NCBI GenBank assembly: GCA_964016885.1
Contig: OZ024742.1
Coordinates: 327,050,001-327,114,000 of the forward strand
From: Eledone cirrhosa
Taxonomy: Eukaryota
DNA: 64,000 bases
Reading direction: 5' to 3'
Shown here: positions 36,587 to 48,108 of the stretch, piece after piece
Position numbering within the stretch: position 1 is the stretch's first letter
Layout: each line of letters starts with the position of its first letter
Made by a program: the position numbers and the translations under genes
Notes under the pieces: model-generated
Told to the model about the DNA's origin: nothing
Seen by the model: only the letters and a program-made list of their open reading frames with translations
Database searches by the model: none

Positions 36587-38368
36587 GGAATGATTTGAAC
36601 AGGAACAAAACAGAGAGGCAGTACAACGAATGTTTATTAAATTCACGCTCTGGAGAGTGGGGTGGTGGTGGGGAACGACGTTTCGGGCATAAGTGAGAAG
36701 TGTGTGGGAACAGAGTTCAAAGGGTGTGTAGGGGAGTGGTGGAGAGACATATAGCGAAAGGAAACGGTGCGAATGAAATTAAAAATAAAAATAAAAATAA
36801 AAATAAAGCATGATCAAAATACAAGGAATGAAATAAAATTAAATATAAAAGCATGATCAAAATAAACTGAAATAAAAAGGGGGGTAAAACAGGTGGTGGA
36901 AGGGTGTGGGGTGTGTAGGGGTGGTGGCGGGTGGAGTGGGGAGAGGGAGACGGGGTGTCCGAGCGGGGAGGGCTGAAGGTGGTGTGTGTGTGTAGGTGTA
37001 CGTGTGTGTGTGTGTGTGTGTGTGTGTGGATGTGAAAGTAAGGGTTGGGGAAAGAACGGGGTTGCATGTTCAGGAAGAGGTGTGTGTGTGGGGGGGGTTG
37101 TAGGTCGGAGTGTCTGTGCGTGTGTGGATAGAGGGGTGGGGGAGAGGAATCAGGTGGCTGAGGGTGTAAATATGTGGTGGAAAGCACGTGTGTGTGGGGT
37201 TTAAGCGTGTTGTGGGTGTAGGTGGCGTGTGGAGAAAAAACATTTTTTGGGGTGTGTGTGTGGGGGAGTTATATAGGTGGTTCCGTAAGAGGATAGTTGA
37301 AAAGTTGGTAAAATCCTATGGTGTTTAGTGGATTATGTGGTGGTCAAGTTCAGCATACGATTATTCCATGAAGAGATGGTCGGAAGAGGAGAGATGTGGG
37401 GTGCGTGCGCAACAGGAAGTGGTCAAGCAGTGGGAGTGCTGTGTGTCTGTTTGTGCTGGGAGGTGGTCAGAGGGCATAGCAGAAGTCGGTGGAATGGTAA
37501 AGGGGCGAGGATGGGTAGGTGTGAAAGTTGGAGTGAGGAGAGTGTGTGTGTGTGTATTAGTAGAGGTGTTAGTGGGATGAGTGAGTGTGGAGCGAGGGTG
37601 TGGGTGGAGCGGGGAGAGAAGGGTGTGTGTAGTTCTATGTAGGGAGTGTGGTGTACTGGTGTGTGTGTAATTTGATGAAGGGGTGTTAGTATACGGGAGG
37701 TGGGGAAGGGTTGAATGCAGGTGTGAGTGGGGGTTAGTGGTGGTAGGGTGTGTAGAGTTGGTGGTGTACGAGGGTGTGTGGGTACGTCTGCGTGGGGTTG
37801 GGGGGTGTTAGTGATGTTAGTTGCGTGTGGGGTGGGTGGTGTAAGTGGGTGCGTGTGTTCGTGTGCTTGGGGTCAGGGGTGTTAGTGAGGTTAGTTGCGG
37901 GGTGGTGGGATGGAGGTGTGGGCGTGAGGGTTAGTGGTGGAAGTAGGGTGTGTGTATATATGTGTATATATGTGAGCGCGTGTATATATGTGCCGGTGGG
38001 TGTGTGCGTGTGATAAGGAGGGGGGAGCAGGAGAAGAAGGGAGGGATGTTAGTATGTTAGTTGGGGAAGGGTGGTCGGATGAGGGGTGGAGTGGAGGTGT
38101 TAGTATTGTTAGTTGTGGGGTGGGCGGTGAAAAGGAGGGGTGTGTTAGTGGTGTTAGTGGGGGATAAGTGGGGGGGGGGGGTTGAAGGCTAAGATGAAGA
38201 TAGTTCTTTGTTCGACTCTAAGGCGATTGGCGGGTGTTCCGAGGCATTGGAGTAGACCACAGACTGTGAGATGGCGTGCGAAATGTCCAGGGCCACCAAA
38301 GTGGCGGGCGATGGGGGAACTACCACCGAGACGAATATCCCGGAGGTGCTCAGTGAATCGGTCCGCCA
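36585..38368 (-). mobile_element. 5'-truncated Penelope-like element (C-terminal GIY-YIG remnant + GT-rich 3' region)
   Basis: 38180-38368 translates DRFTEHLRDIRLGGSSPIARHFGGPGH...LTVCGL...RLRVEQRTIFIL, the R..EH...P(I/V)A.HF...H...R...E...I..L pattern of PLE GIY-YIG C-termini. Partial hammerhead 3' half (CCCGAAACGTC) near 36675-36690; flanked by (TA)n. Confidence 0.75.
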
Positions 38369-38379
38369 TATATATATAC

Positions 38380-38409
<30 letters not shown>

Positions 38410-38413
<4 letters not shown>

Positions 38414-40135
38414 CAATTAGCATGACAACATACCATGAATTGCTGAAAATATAACAAAGAGAAAAAGAATTTGGAAAAAGAAAAAGAAATTGGAAAAGAA
38501 ATACTATTTCCGAAGAGAACAATCCTTATCCCGGCCGCCATGGCATCCTAACGACTAGACTACTTGGGAAGGTTTTATAACAACGATTAATACCACCTTA
38601 TAACAAAATTAGGATAGTGGTTTCGCTCTCATATGAGCCGCTGACAATGATGAGTGATCTCATTGCGATCTAATTCAACAGCTGTCATTTAAGACGTTTG
38701 TGGTAAACAAGGAGATTGTCAATTCTTCTGAGGGTGCTTGGCTATTTCAGCGCATTAGCCTTATAATTATTACCCATAAAGGTAAACTTTGCCTTTCATC
38801 CTTACGGAGTCGACAAAATAAAGGTACCTGAAATGCACTGGGATAATTGCTGGCCTTGTGCCAAAAGTAGAAACAATTATTTCCCATAGAATTAAGTTGG
38901 TCGCCTGTGTTCCTAAATAATTTTTACCTGGAGAAAACCTACATTACAACGCTGTTATCATTTGTGCATGTAGAATATTGCTCATTCTTTCCTTTTCTCT
39001 GATAATATAGTAAATGTATTTTAAAAAATTGAAATGTATTGAATGAAATACAATAAATAATTTATAGTTCTAGACATCCCTTAGTTGGCATAGCACTTAA
39101 CGAGACTTGATTGAAAATAAAACAATAAGAAGAAAAAAGAAGAGATATTTCCCAAGCGGGGAATCGAACCCCGGCCGCCGCGGCTGAGAGAGCGCGGAAT
39201 CCTAACCACTAGACCACTTGGGACAAACTGAATGCGGTGAGCTGAACAAGGCTTAATAACTAAAATATAATAGTAAATGTGATCTGCTTTGACAAGTCAA
39301 CCAGAAAGTTTTAAATCAACAAGCTCACATGGTCAGGAAATAAGCATATCGCATACAAATTGTTCTAAATTTGAAGATGTATTATTGATAGCTTGGAAGA
39401 GTGCGACCCAATATTTCTGCCTCTATTGGTAATGGGGGCTTCGTGTCGACGTGATAACATTTTACCCCGCTTTAGCAGGTAAAGTCACTCATCAGGGACG
39501 ATATTTATCCTGACACTTTTTCCTCTGCCAATCCATCGCTAGGACAATAAACCCAGGGTAGTGCCAACATCCACAGCCATTCAGGGGAGTGGACGATGAT
39601 TAAATGACAGGAATTGACAGACTTTTCTTTTTATGCTGATTATCACTGTATTCCCCGTGTTATCCGACCCTCGACTGACGTTTTACGTCACCAAATCGTA
39701 AATAATTTATAAGTAAATACATAATGCATTCAATAACAAAATCTCAAAATATCACGAAAGGCCATTAATATTATCTAAAAATAATTGAGCAGTATCTAAT
39801 AAAAACAAAACACACTACTAAAGGAAGAGAAAGTGAGGGGTGAAATAAAATGAAAAGGAGTAAAAGAAAGTAGCATAAAGCGGCGAAAGAACGGGAGAAA
39901 GGGAGAGGCACTACCTCATCTCGGTGTCAGCAGTAGCTTTGTCGGGCCAGACCAGACGGATAAAACGGCAAAAACGTTACCGCAGAAAATGGCCAGAGAC
40001 ACCGGCTACAACAGACACCGCCCTTCACAGGGCTACCCCCCTCAAGCGGGCTGCCGAGATCCGGACAAAATATAGCAAAAAGAAAACCTTTAAAATACAA
40101 AACGATATTTCCTAAGGGGCGAATCGAACCCCTTC
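38410..40135 (-). repeat. Continuation of the degenerate tRNA-Glu module region (copies ~38508-38569, 39149-39223, fragment ~40109-40133)
   Basis: tRNA cores and flanks are present; 39230-39765 is a direct paralog of ~30200-30775. Confidence 0.85.
38781..38882 (+). mobile_element. SINE internal/3' fragment (Deu/Nin-like domain)
   Basis: GCCTTTCATCCTTACGGAGTCGACAAAATAAAGGTACC matches the minus-strand SINE at 50018-50244. Domain name recalled from memory. Confidence 0.55.
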
Positions 40136-40314
40136 CTTTTCTTCATTCATGTTTTTCATTATAATATTATTAACGCATTTTAAACATTTTTAATGTATTC
40201 AACTGCAACTAATACCTTATAATTATATAAAATAGTTGTAATCCTTAGGACAGCAGAAACACACACATACACTGTTTTTCCACACGTGTTAATAAACATG
40301 CACTTGATATTCCC

Positions 40315-40514
40315 NNNNNNNNNNNNNNNNNNNNNNNNNNNNNNNNNNNNNNNNNNNNNNNNNNNNNNNNNNNNNNNNNNNNNNNNNNNNNNNNNNNNNN
40401 NNNNNNNNNNNNNNNNNNNNNNNNNNNNNNNNNNNNNNNNNNNNNNNNNNNNNNNNNNNNNNNNNNNNNNNNNNNNNNNNNNNNNNNNNNNNNNNNNNNN
40501 NNNNNNNNNNNNNN
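40315..40514. other. Assembly gap (200 N)
   Basis: Direct reading; the round length suggests a placeholder scaffold gap. Confidence 0.99.
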
Positions 40515-40676
40515 CAACAATCTGCTGTTTTTTTTTCTTGGAACACTTTAATTCTATCTATCTCCCCTCCCCCCTCTCTCTCTCTCTCAATAACAACAAC
40601 AGGAACCTGTCATAATAGTGAAAGTCTTTTTCTGAAGTCTGTATTGCGTTGTCTATATGTTGAAGCACATACAAAA

Positions 40677-40920
<244 letters not shown>

Positions 40921-41214
40921 AACAGATATTACGTTTTAGTTACTTAAAGAGGGGGAAGTAGAGTGAGTGAGGGTGGAGAAGTATTTCAATCCGTCAACAT
41001 AGAGAGCGTGACGGACGGACTGACAGACACGGGTTTTATAAGAGTCAGATTAGAGGTTCTCAAATGATGTAGGGGCGGGGGCTTGAGAAGATCCAGGGGG
41101 CGGTAGGAATGATATAATAGTATATTAAATATCAAATGATACATATTATATATAAATATAGTAAAATAAAAATATATCATATTTATTTATACATAGTATA
41201 TATTATATTATTTA

Positions 41215-41510
41215 TCTCCTTATAATATATAACCAGCAATTTCTCTGTCTGTCTGTCCGACAGTGGAAACACGTGCGCGCGTGCGAATGTTTTTGCGCAC
41301 GCGTAGAGAGAGAGTGAGAATGAAAGAGACAGACTACGAGAGGGAGATAGCGGGAGGGAGAGAGAGAGAGAGAGAGAGAGTGAATAGACGCTAAAACACG
41401 TGCGCGCGTGCGAATGTTTTTTGCGCACGCGTAGAGAGAGAGTGAGAGTGAAAGAAAGAGACAGACTACAAGAGGGGGATAGCGGGAGGGAGAGAGGGGG
41501 GAATTGAGGA
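41215..41510 (+). repeat. Possible Helitron-like 5' segment with two tandem ~127-bp copies (ACACGTGCGCGCGTGCGAATG...GAGAG)
   Basis: Starts TCTCCTTTATAATATATAACC...CTGTCTGTCTG like other Helitron 5' ends here; duplicate units at ~41269 and ~41396. Confidence 0.4.
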
Positions 41511-41632
41511 GTGCTACAGAAACATATATACATTTTTGTGTGTGTGTAATATATATATGTACACACACAGAAATATATATATATACACACAGAAATATAT
41601 ATACATTTCTGTGTGTGTAATATATATATATA

Positions 41633-41669
41633 CTAGCAGAAAACCACTCGATGGGCGGTTTTCTGCTAG
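41633..41669. repeat. 37-bp palindrome with CTAG at both ends (second copy 50689-50726)
   Basis: CTAGCAGAAAACC-ACTCGATGGGC-GGTTTTCTGCTAG. Confidence 0.85.
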
Positions 41670-41934
41670 TCTATATATCTAAAACAGAGAATGTCTGTCT
41701 GTCTGATCACTAAAACTCGAGAAACACCCAACCGATTGTTTTCAAACTTTACACATGTAATACTTATGGTCCTTTGAGTGTTTTGAGCAAAAGAAATTTC
41801 AAATTCTCAATGCCCTACGGACCGCATTAGGCTATTTAGCGATCTCTCTATAACTCTTAGTCTTTCTCTTTTTAGATAGATACATAGATATAATGTTGCG
41901 CCCTTACTGTCTGCATTACGACATTATGACGTAG

Positions 41935-42008
<74 letters not shown>

Positions 42009-42227
42009 CTGTATATAGTGTGTGTATATATATATAAATATATATATAGTGTGTAACGTTTTTCGAAATATTTACTTCTGCGTTCACAGATTGATTTCAT
42101 TTTTGCATACACAATAACAAAATATAAACAAACATATTTATTTCGCGAGGTTCGGTAAGGATAAATATATATCAAATATATATGAACCCTAGAGCAAATC
42201 CCGAGCAACGCCAGGCCATTCTGCTAG
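41670..42227 (+). mobile_element. Non-autonomous Helitron, 558 bp
   Basis: 5' TCTATATATCTAAAA...GTCTGTCTG; 3' CCCGAGCAACGCCAGG hairpin + CCATTCTG + CTAG|T; internal (TG)n; no TSD. Confidence 0.8.
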
Positions 42228-42468
42228 TTATATATAAATTAACGATTCTATTTATTACATATTATTTACAACTTTCGTGTAGGCAGGTCTCTCTAGGAAC
42301 AGGGATGGGGTGCTGAGGTTATTACGTGACCGTGAGGGGGTGGTGGCCCAAAAGGTTTGAGAACCTCAGATATAGAAAAGGCTGACAACGTTCTTGTCAC
42401 TCTCGCACTCTCACACAGCGAATTATACTTCTAATTTTATTATAAGCTGTCTTTTATCTTTCCTACTC

Positions 42469-42507
42469 TCCCAAGTAGTCTAGTGGCTAGAATTCCACGC
42501 TTGGGAA
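42469..42507 (+). pseudogene. Internally deleted tRNA-Glu copy
   Basis: TCCCAAGTAGTCTAGTGGCTAGAATTCCACGCTTGGGAA with family upstream (CTAATTTTATTATAAGC) and downstream flanks. Confidence 0.75.
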
Positions 42508-42754
42508 ATTGAATATTGTTTTTAATTATATTTTTACTGTTTTTTTGTTTATTCCCACCAATAATTGTTAAGTTGTCATGTCAACTAACAATCTATATAA
42601 TAATAACTGTATATCCATGTTGTTCGTTCTAATTATATTTTAAAATTCATAAATAACAAATATAAAATAAAAATGGAAAGGAGAGAGTACTGTTCTAAAA
42701 CACACAGACACACACACACACATACATACATACATACATACATGCATACATACA

Positions 42755-44028
42755 TGGTGGCTGCCAACTCGTTTTCGAGTACGGCCACTACTTTGTATCC
42801 ATGTAGGAGAACCCCTACCGAAGCGCTGAACGAGTGTGACTTTTTAGCCCAGCCAGCGACTTGAAACCTCTGGTACAAACACTACACTTGTGACAATTAT
42901 TGACACATAGTGCTGGGCCCATGGTACCATGTGACGACAAGTGCAGAGAGATCTCCAGATATAAAGCAATGCCTGTGCCATGAAGCTTTTATAGTGAGCA
43001 AAGGCACTGCACAAAGCCAGTCCCACTCTCTTAACCAAGATGATATTTACCAAAAAGAAGAACAAGTCAACATCATTGGATACCATCAGGGTTGCAGGTG
43101 TTATATCAGAGTTTTCCTTCTCCTAGAATTCTGCCTTGACAAAGGCTAAGGGGTCATCTCTCCCGGTGATTTTGGATGGCCATTGACTCTTAAGAGCTCC
43201 TTTTCCCTTTGACAGGTTTTGTTTTTAGTCCTGCAGGATGTCCAAAGTCACCCTCCTCACCAAGAAACCTTGGTGGGGTTGCCAGTTTAGTCGCCAACGA
43301 CCCGACCATGAGACAGGTTGTACTGGGATACATGTTACCAGTAGCACCAACTGGTGACCTGACATACATACATGCATACATACATACATACATGCATACA
43401 TACATACATACATGTTGGCTGCCCCCTCGTTATCGAGTATGGCCATTGCACGATATAACATTATAAATAATTATCAATTAATGCCATCGTGCAATGCCTG
43501 TGCGTGAAGATTTAAAAAAAAACGTGAGTAAAGACTGTGCACTGAGCCAATCCCACTCTCTGAGTGACAGTAGCTATAACCCGAAAAGAAGAAAAAATCA
43601 ACATCATCGGCAACTACTGAGCCGCAGGTTTTATGTCGGAGTTATCCCAGTTTCCTGAGTTGCCTTCTTCTAGAAGAATGCCCTGTCAAAGGCTAGGTGT
43701 CCTTCACTCCCAGTGATTTAACCACGCGATCGGGTATCCAGCCCAATTATTTCTATGTCCCCGCGCATATATACTCATATGTATACATGTATATACATAT
43801 ATACATATACACATATATACATATGTACACGTGTATATACATATTTATACATTTTTGGATGAGTTCTTCCGCCCTTTGTCAGTTTTGTTTTTTGTCCTGC
43901 AGGGTGTCCAAAATCACCCTCCTCACTAAGTAAACTTGGTGGGGTTGCCGGTTTAGTCGCCGACGACCCGACCTTTCGACAGGTTGTACTGGGTTACACG
44001 TTACCGGTAGTACTCAAGAGTGATCCGA
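42755..44028. mobile_element. Two diverged head-to-tail copies (~42755-43361, ~43413-44028) of a ~610-bp non-coding retroposon-like repeat separated by (TACA)n; stub of a third at ~44103
   Basis: Shared blocks GGCTGCC..CTCGTT.TCGAGTA.GGCCA and CTGCAGG.TGTCCAAA.TCACCCTCCTCAC...GGTGGGGTTGCC.GTTTAGTCGCC.ACGACCCGACC...CAGGTTGTACTGGG. Retroposon class (RTE-like) is inference. Confidence 0.6.
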
Positions 44029-44274
44029 CATACATACATACATACATACATACATACATACATACATACATACATACATACATGCATGCATACATACATA
44101 CATGATGGCTGCAACTCGATTTGTCCCATGAAAATACGTCGAATGGAAAGAAATACAAGGACTTGACGTTTCGGGTTCAAACATTTATCTAAGTAGAACA
44201 AGGGAAGAAAGGAATAAGAATATCATAAGAGCGATACCAAGCAAGAGAACAAATGATGATGATATGTGTGTGTG

Positions 44275-44319
<45 letters not shown>

Positions 44320-44449
44320 GGAAAGTTATATTTAAAATTGTTGGGTTACAACTAGTAAATATGTATAACTGATATAAAAGCACTCGACAAATATTTGGAG
44401 TATATTTACAATATTAAATAAATGGAAACTATATTTATAAAACCATATT

Positions 44450-44515
44450 TATTTCATTATATATATTTCGGGGATATCATATTAACAATATGCTATGCCT
44501 TCCTCAGACAAAATA
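44450..44515 (-). ncRNA. Type I minimal hammerhead ribozyme motif in the 3' pLTR (inverted copy 49242-49307, +)
   Basis: TATTTTGT-CTGAGGA-AGGCATAGCATATTGTTAATATGATATCCCC-GAAA-TATATA-TA-ATGAAATA. Core intact; stem I pairs with G:U; the base of stem II has an A:C mismatch. Confidence 0.7.
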
Positions 44516-45894
44516 CAATATAAACAGTTTTATAGATAAATAGATTCGACATACCGTAACAACACCGACTTGCATTTGAAGAGGTTGGATTGGCAGTGAA
44601 AAAATTTTACACAGAGAGAAAGAAAGAGAGAAAAAAATAGAAAGAAAGACAGAAAACGAAGAAAAGGAAGAAAAAGAAGAAAAAGAAGAAATGCATGGAA
44701 CAAAATAGAGAGATGGAAAGATAGATAAAGAGAAGAACTTCATGTAAAGAAAGAGAGATATATATATATAGGGAGAGGAAATAGAGATAGATACATATAT
44801 ATATAGAAAATTAGGTAGTGGGAGATCAGTTGGGTAAATGTATCAATGATACATTTATTTATTTATTTATTTATTTATTTAGCTCTAGTATTAATGTAAG
44901 GGAGATATATAGAGAGATAAAAAATATAGAGAGAGAAAAAAAAAAAAAAAAAATAGCGAGAGAAAAAATTAAAAAATAGCCAGATATATTCGAGGCGTAA
45001 AAACCCTATGTTTTAATGTATTAGTATTTATAAAACTTCCACTATATTGTAAATATCAGTATTCCTGAATGAGACAAGTATCCATAGTGTGTGAAAATTA
45101 ATTATCTTATGTTTAGTTTTTAAAAAAAATTCATATGTTTATGTGATAGCTACAAACATCCATGTGAATCCACATGATCAACTCTGCAAACTCTAAGTTC
45201 ACGGAAAACATTCTCAATGTGGTATAAAAATTTGAGTATACATATATGTGTATTATTATTCCTGTCTTTACTCTACAAGATTATCTATCAAGCAGAAATA
45301 GAGAGCAGATTTCAATATACTAATAAAAATATATATCAGAAACAAAACTAAAAAAATAACAATAATAATAATAAGTAATAATAAAATAGAAAATAGAAAA
45401 CTAAAAAAAATATTACGAAAGAATATTACATATTAAAATATTACATATTAAAAAATTTACATATTAAAGATATTAAAAATAAAAATAAAAATAAAAAATA
45501 TTAGAAAATACTACAATAATAAAAATAAAAATAAACCACAAAGATCAACCCTTCAAAATTAATTGACAATATATTGCCAAGTTCATTATAAGCATCAGAG
45601 TCGAAAAACAGACAAAGCCAAAAATTATCTATCAAATCACATCAAGCAAAGATCATTTCAAAAAGTTTATGATGCTCAATTTGGTCTACATGTGTTCTTA
45701 TATTTAATATAGAAGTTTATCTAGTGTAAGGTTTATTCAAAATATTTGGAGCATCAGCTTTTAGGGTAGCTTAATTTTTCATGAGGAATGTTTAAATAAA
45801 AATAAAATAAAAATAAAAAATAAAAAGAATAAAAAGAAGGAATCAAAGATTTATCGGCTAGTTTCCCATATAAATATAAATCAAACTAAATATA

Positions 45895-48108
45895 CTACAT
45901 TTTAAATTTAAATTTATATTTAAACGTTGAGTTTAATCTATGTTTGCAACAACTGAATAAATTTGTCCGTAGATTAAGGGAATTTTTAGATTTTAGTATA
46001 AAGAATATCTCCTCTGCGCAGAGGTCACATGTCTCAGAGGATGAATTAAAAGGAATCCCTCTTGAGACTATATTCCAAGCCGTCGAATATCTAACGTTAT
46101 CTAGCTTAAGTTGCCAGAGTACGCCTGATAGTGCCGTTGAAGATTTTTTGCTTGGATCTGTGAAAGAATTCTTGTGGTTATTATAGCGAAGTTTAAATTC
46201 CGTCGATGTGGAACCGACGTAGTTAAAAGAATTAGAGTCAGTATTAACACTACAATTGTATACTATATTTTTAACTAAGCAGTTGTTATTTAACGGACAT
46301 TTAGATCTATCTCTACAGTTACATTTGTTAACTTGTATATTATTTATGCTATTATCACTAGGTTTTAAGTTCATATTATTTATTCTATTAATATTTTGTG
46401 CTAAATTTTTGGTGGATGTGTAGGTTAATTTAATTGTATGCCTATTGAAAATTGAGTGATACCTATGTGTTCTAGGGAAGCGATTATCAAGAGCTTTGAA
46501 AAATAGTTTAGCGATGTGGGTTTTAATGTTTAGTGAGAAAGGGGGGGCAAACCAAATTATGTTCCTAGTTCTATTTCTTTTTTGGCCTTTGGAATTATTG
46601 TAGTGCTTTCTATTATAGTTGTTAAGGTTGTTGCCGTAATTAAAAAAGTTGTTACTTTGTTTAGTTTGTCTATCATTATCTATGTACACAATCTTATCAG
46701 CATATCCTGCTCTAGCTAATGCTTCATTATAGTATTGGGCCTTTTCGTCGAAAATCTTTCTATTCGACGAGATCCTAGAGATACGTTTTTGAACAGAGTT
46801 TACTATAGTGTTTTTGACAGATCTGGGGTGGTTAGAGTTAAAGTTGACATAGTTTAAGTTTTCATTCAACTTGTGAAAAGGATAGTGGAGACATGTGTTG
46901 AGATTTAATGTTATATCTAGGAAATTGACTATTCTATGGTTGTTCTCAATTTCTATTTTAAGATTAAAGTAATTAAAAAATTTTGTAATTTGTTTACATT
47001 TTCTATTTAGTTCAGGGTTATTATTATTAATAAGTAAAAGCATGTCATCTCTATATAAACCTCCGGTAGTACCAGGTATTTTCCTATGTAGCGAATTGAT
47101 TAAAAATAAGCCCACAAGGTCAGTTACCTGAGCTGAGTTGGATGATCCCATAGTTATGTCAAAATTGCTATCTCTATCTGCTCTGGTCCATAGTTTGTCA
47201 TTAAATTCTATCAAAGTTTTCCTAGCCGATAATATAATATGCATTTCTTTGCTAGTTAGGTCAGTATGTTTGAATGCGTAATTTAGTGCCTTATTTAGTA
47301 GACTAGGGGTAATAGAAGAATAATAGTTAGCTATATCAAGTTGAATAAACCTATTATTATTGTTATATTTAATTTGCTTAAACCACTCAACAACCTCTCC
47401 AGTTCCCTTCCACAAGCTCAGGTTAGATACACAATCCAAGTTCTTAATTTGCTGTATCACCCTGTCAAGAATGTTTTTGCTTAATTTGCCCAGGTCCGAT
47501 TTTGATGGTGCGATCAATCTAACTGGCAGGTCATTTTCAAAATTCCTCTTGTGATCCTTCATATTGATCGTCGGTTTCCTGGGCACGAAAGGTTGTGTTC
47601 TGTTCTCAATTTCCAACTCGTGCATTATACAAGATGCTTCGACATTCATTTTCTCAAGTTCGGCCTTATCTGCTACCTTGTACTTTTTCCTCAGCTCTTT
47701 CAGTATGAGGCCATTATACATGTCTTTCTGCACTCCATAGAGGTTGTTGGTCTTGTCAGATTTCACCAAGATCTTCTCAGTTTTCTCTAAGCTCTCAATG
47801 TTATCCTTAATGCCTTTCAGATATTCCTGGCCTTTGAATTTTCTCTTGAATTTGACCCCTTGTATGATAGAAATTATATCGTTTTCAAAGTCAGATAAAA
47901 GTTTGTTAGGGGGTGGATTTCTTTTAGATTTGAAAACTTTGTTTAAGTCCGAGACGTTTTCGTTTGCATTAGATTTATCAAAGTGGAATGCACGCCACCT
48001 GATTCTCCTTATAAAAGAGTCAGATTTATCTATTAATTGTTTTATAAAGTCTTTGTTTCTAGGTAGAGGTATGTCTTTTAGAGAGGAAGTAAACTTAAAG
48101 AATTCCAT
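45895..48108 (-). CDS. Penelope-like element polyprotein: reverse transcriptase + C-terminal GIY-YIG endonuclease (737 aa)
   Basis: Uninterrupted ORF. RT motifs KSDKT, PVRLI, QLDIANYYSSI (A), MGSS (B), GLYRDD (C), VNFLDITL (E). Linker CNCRDRSKCPL (CxCx5C). Endonuclease NIVY...YVGST...FKLRYNNH...CDLCAEE...LN...CKH. Confidence 0.93.
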   Translation of the reverse strand: MEFFKFTSSLKDIPLPRNKDFIKQLIDKSDSFIRRIRWRAFHFDKSNANENVSDLNKVFKSKRNPPPNKLLSDFENDIISIIQGVKFKRKFKGQEYLKGIKDNIESLEKTEKILVKSDKTNNLYGVQKDMYNGLILKELRKKYKVADKAELEKMNVEASCIMHELEIENRTQPFVPRKPTINMKDHKRNFENDLPVRLIAPSKSDLGKLSKNILDRVIQQIKNLDCVSNLSLWKGTGEVVEWFKQIKYNNNNRFIQLDIANYYSSITPSLLNKALNYAFKHTDLTSKEMHIILSARKTLIEFNDKLWTRADRDSNFDITMGSSNSAQVTDLVGLFLINSLHRKIPGTTGGLYRDDMLLLINNNNPELNRKCKQITKFFNYFNLKIEIENNHRIVNFLDITLNLNTCLHYPFHKLNENLNYVNFNSNHPRSVKNTIVNSVQKRISRISSNRKIFDEKAQYYNEALARAGYADKIVYIDNDRQTKQSNNFFNYGNNLNNYNRKHYNNSKGQKRNRTRNIIWFAPPFSLNIKTHIAKLFFKALDNRFPRTHRYHSIFNRHTIKLTYTSTKNLAQNINRINNMNLKPSDNSINNIQVNKCNCRDRSKCPLNNNCLVKNIVYNCSVNTDSNSFNYVGSTSTEFKLRYNNHKNSFTDPSKKSSTALSGVLWQLKLDNVRYSTAWNIVSRGIPFNSSSETCDLCAEEIFFILKSKNSLNLRTNLFSCCKHRLNSTFKYKFKFKM

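Noticed and set aside
36675-36695. Hammerhead ribozyme (CCCGAAACGTC on - strand; similar half motif near 44165-44180)
   Set aside because: The CTGANGA core is absent; remnant only.
39149-39223. tRNA-Glu with a 10-nt anticodon loop (frameshift suppressor or intron)
   Set aside because: Single copy near a contig end with several other 1-nt insertions relative to paralogs; likely consensus error or slippage. Raw reads would decide.
45895-48108. Telomerase, group II intron or retron RT
   Set aside because: The C-terminal GIY-YIG, pseudo-LTR architecture and hammerhead identify a Penelope-like element.
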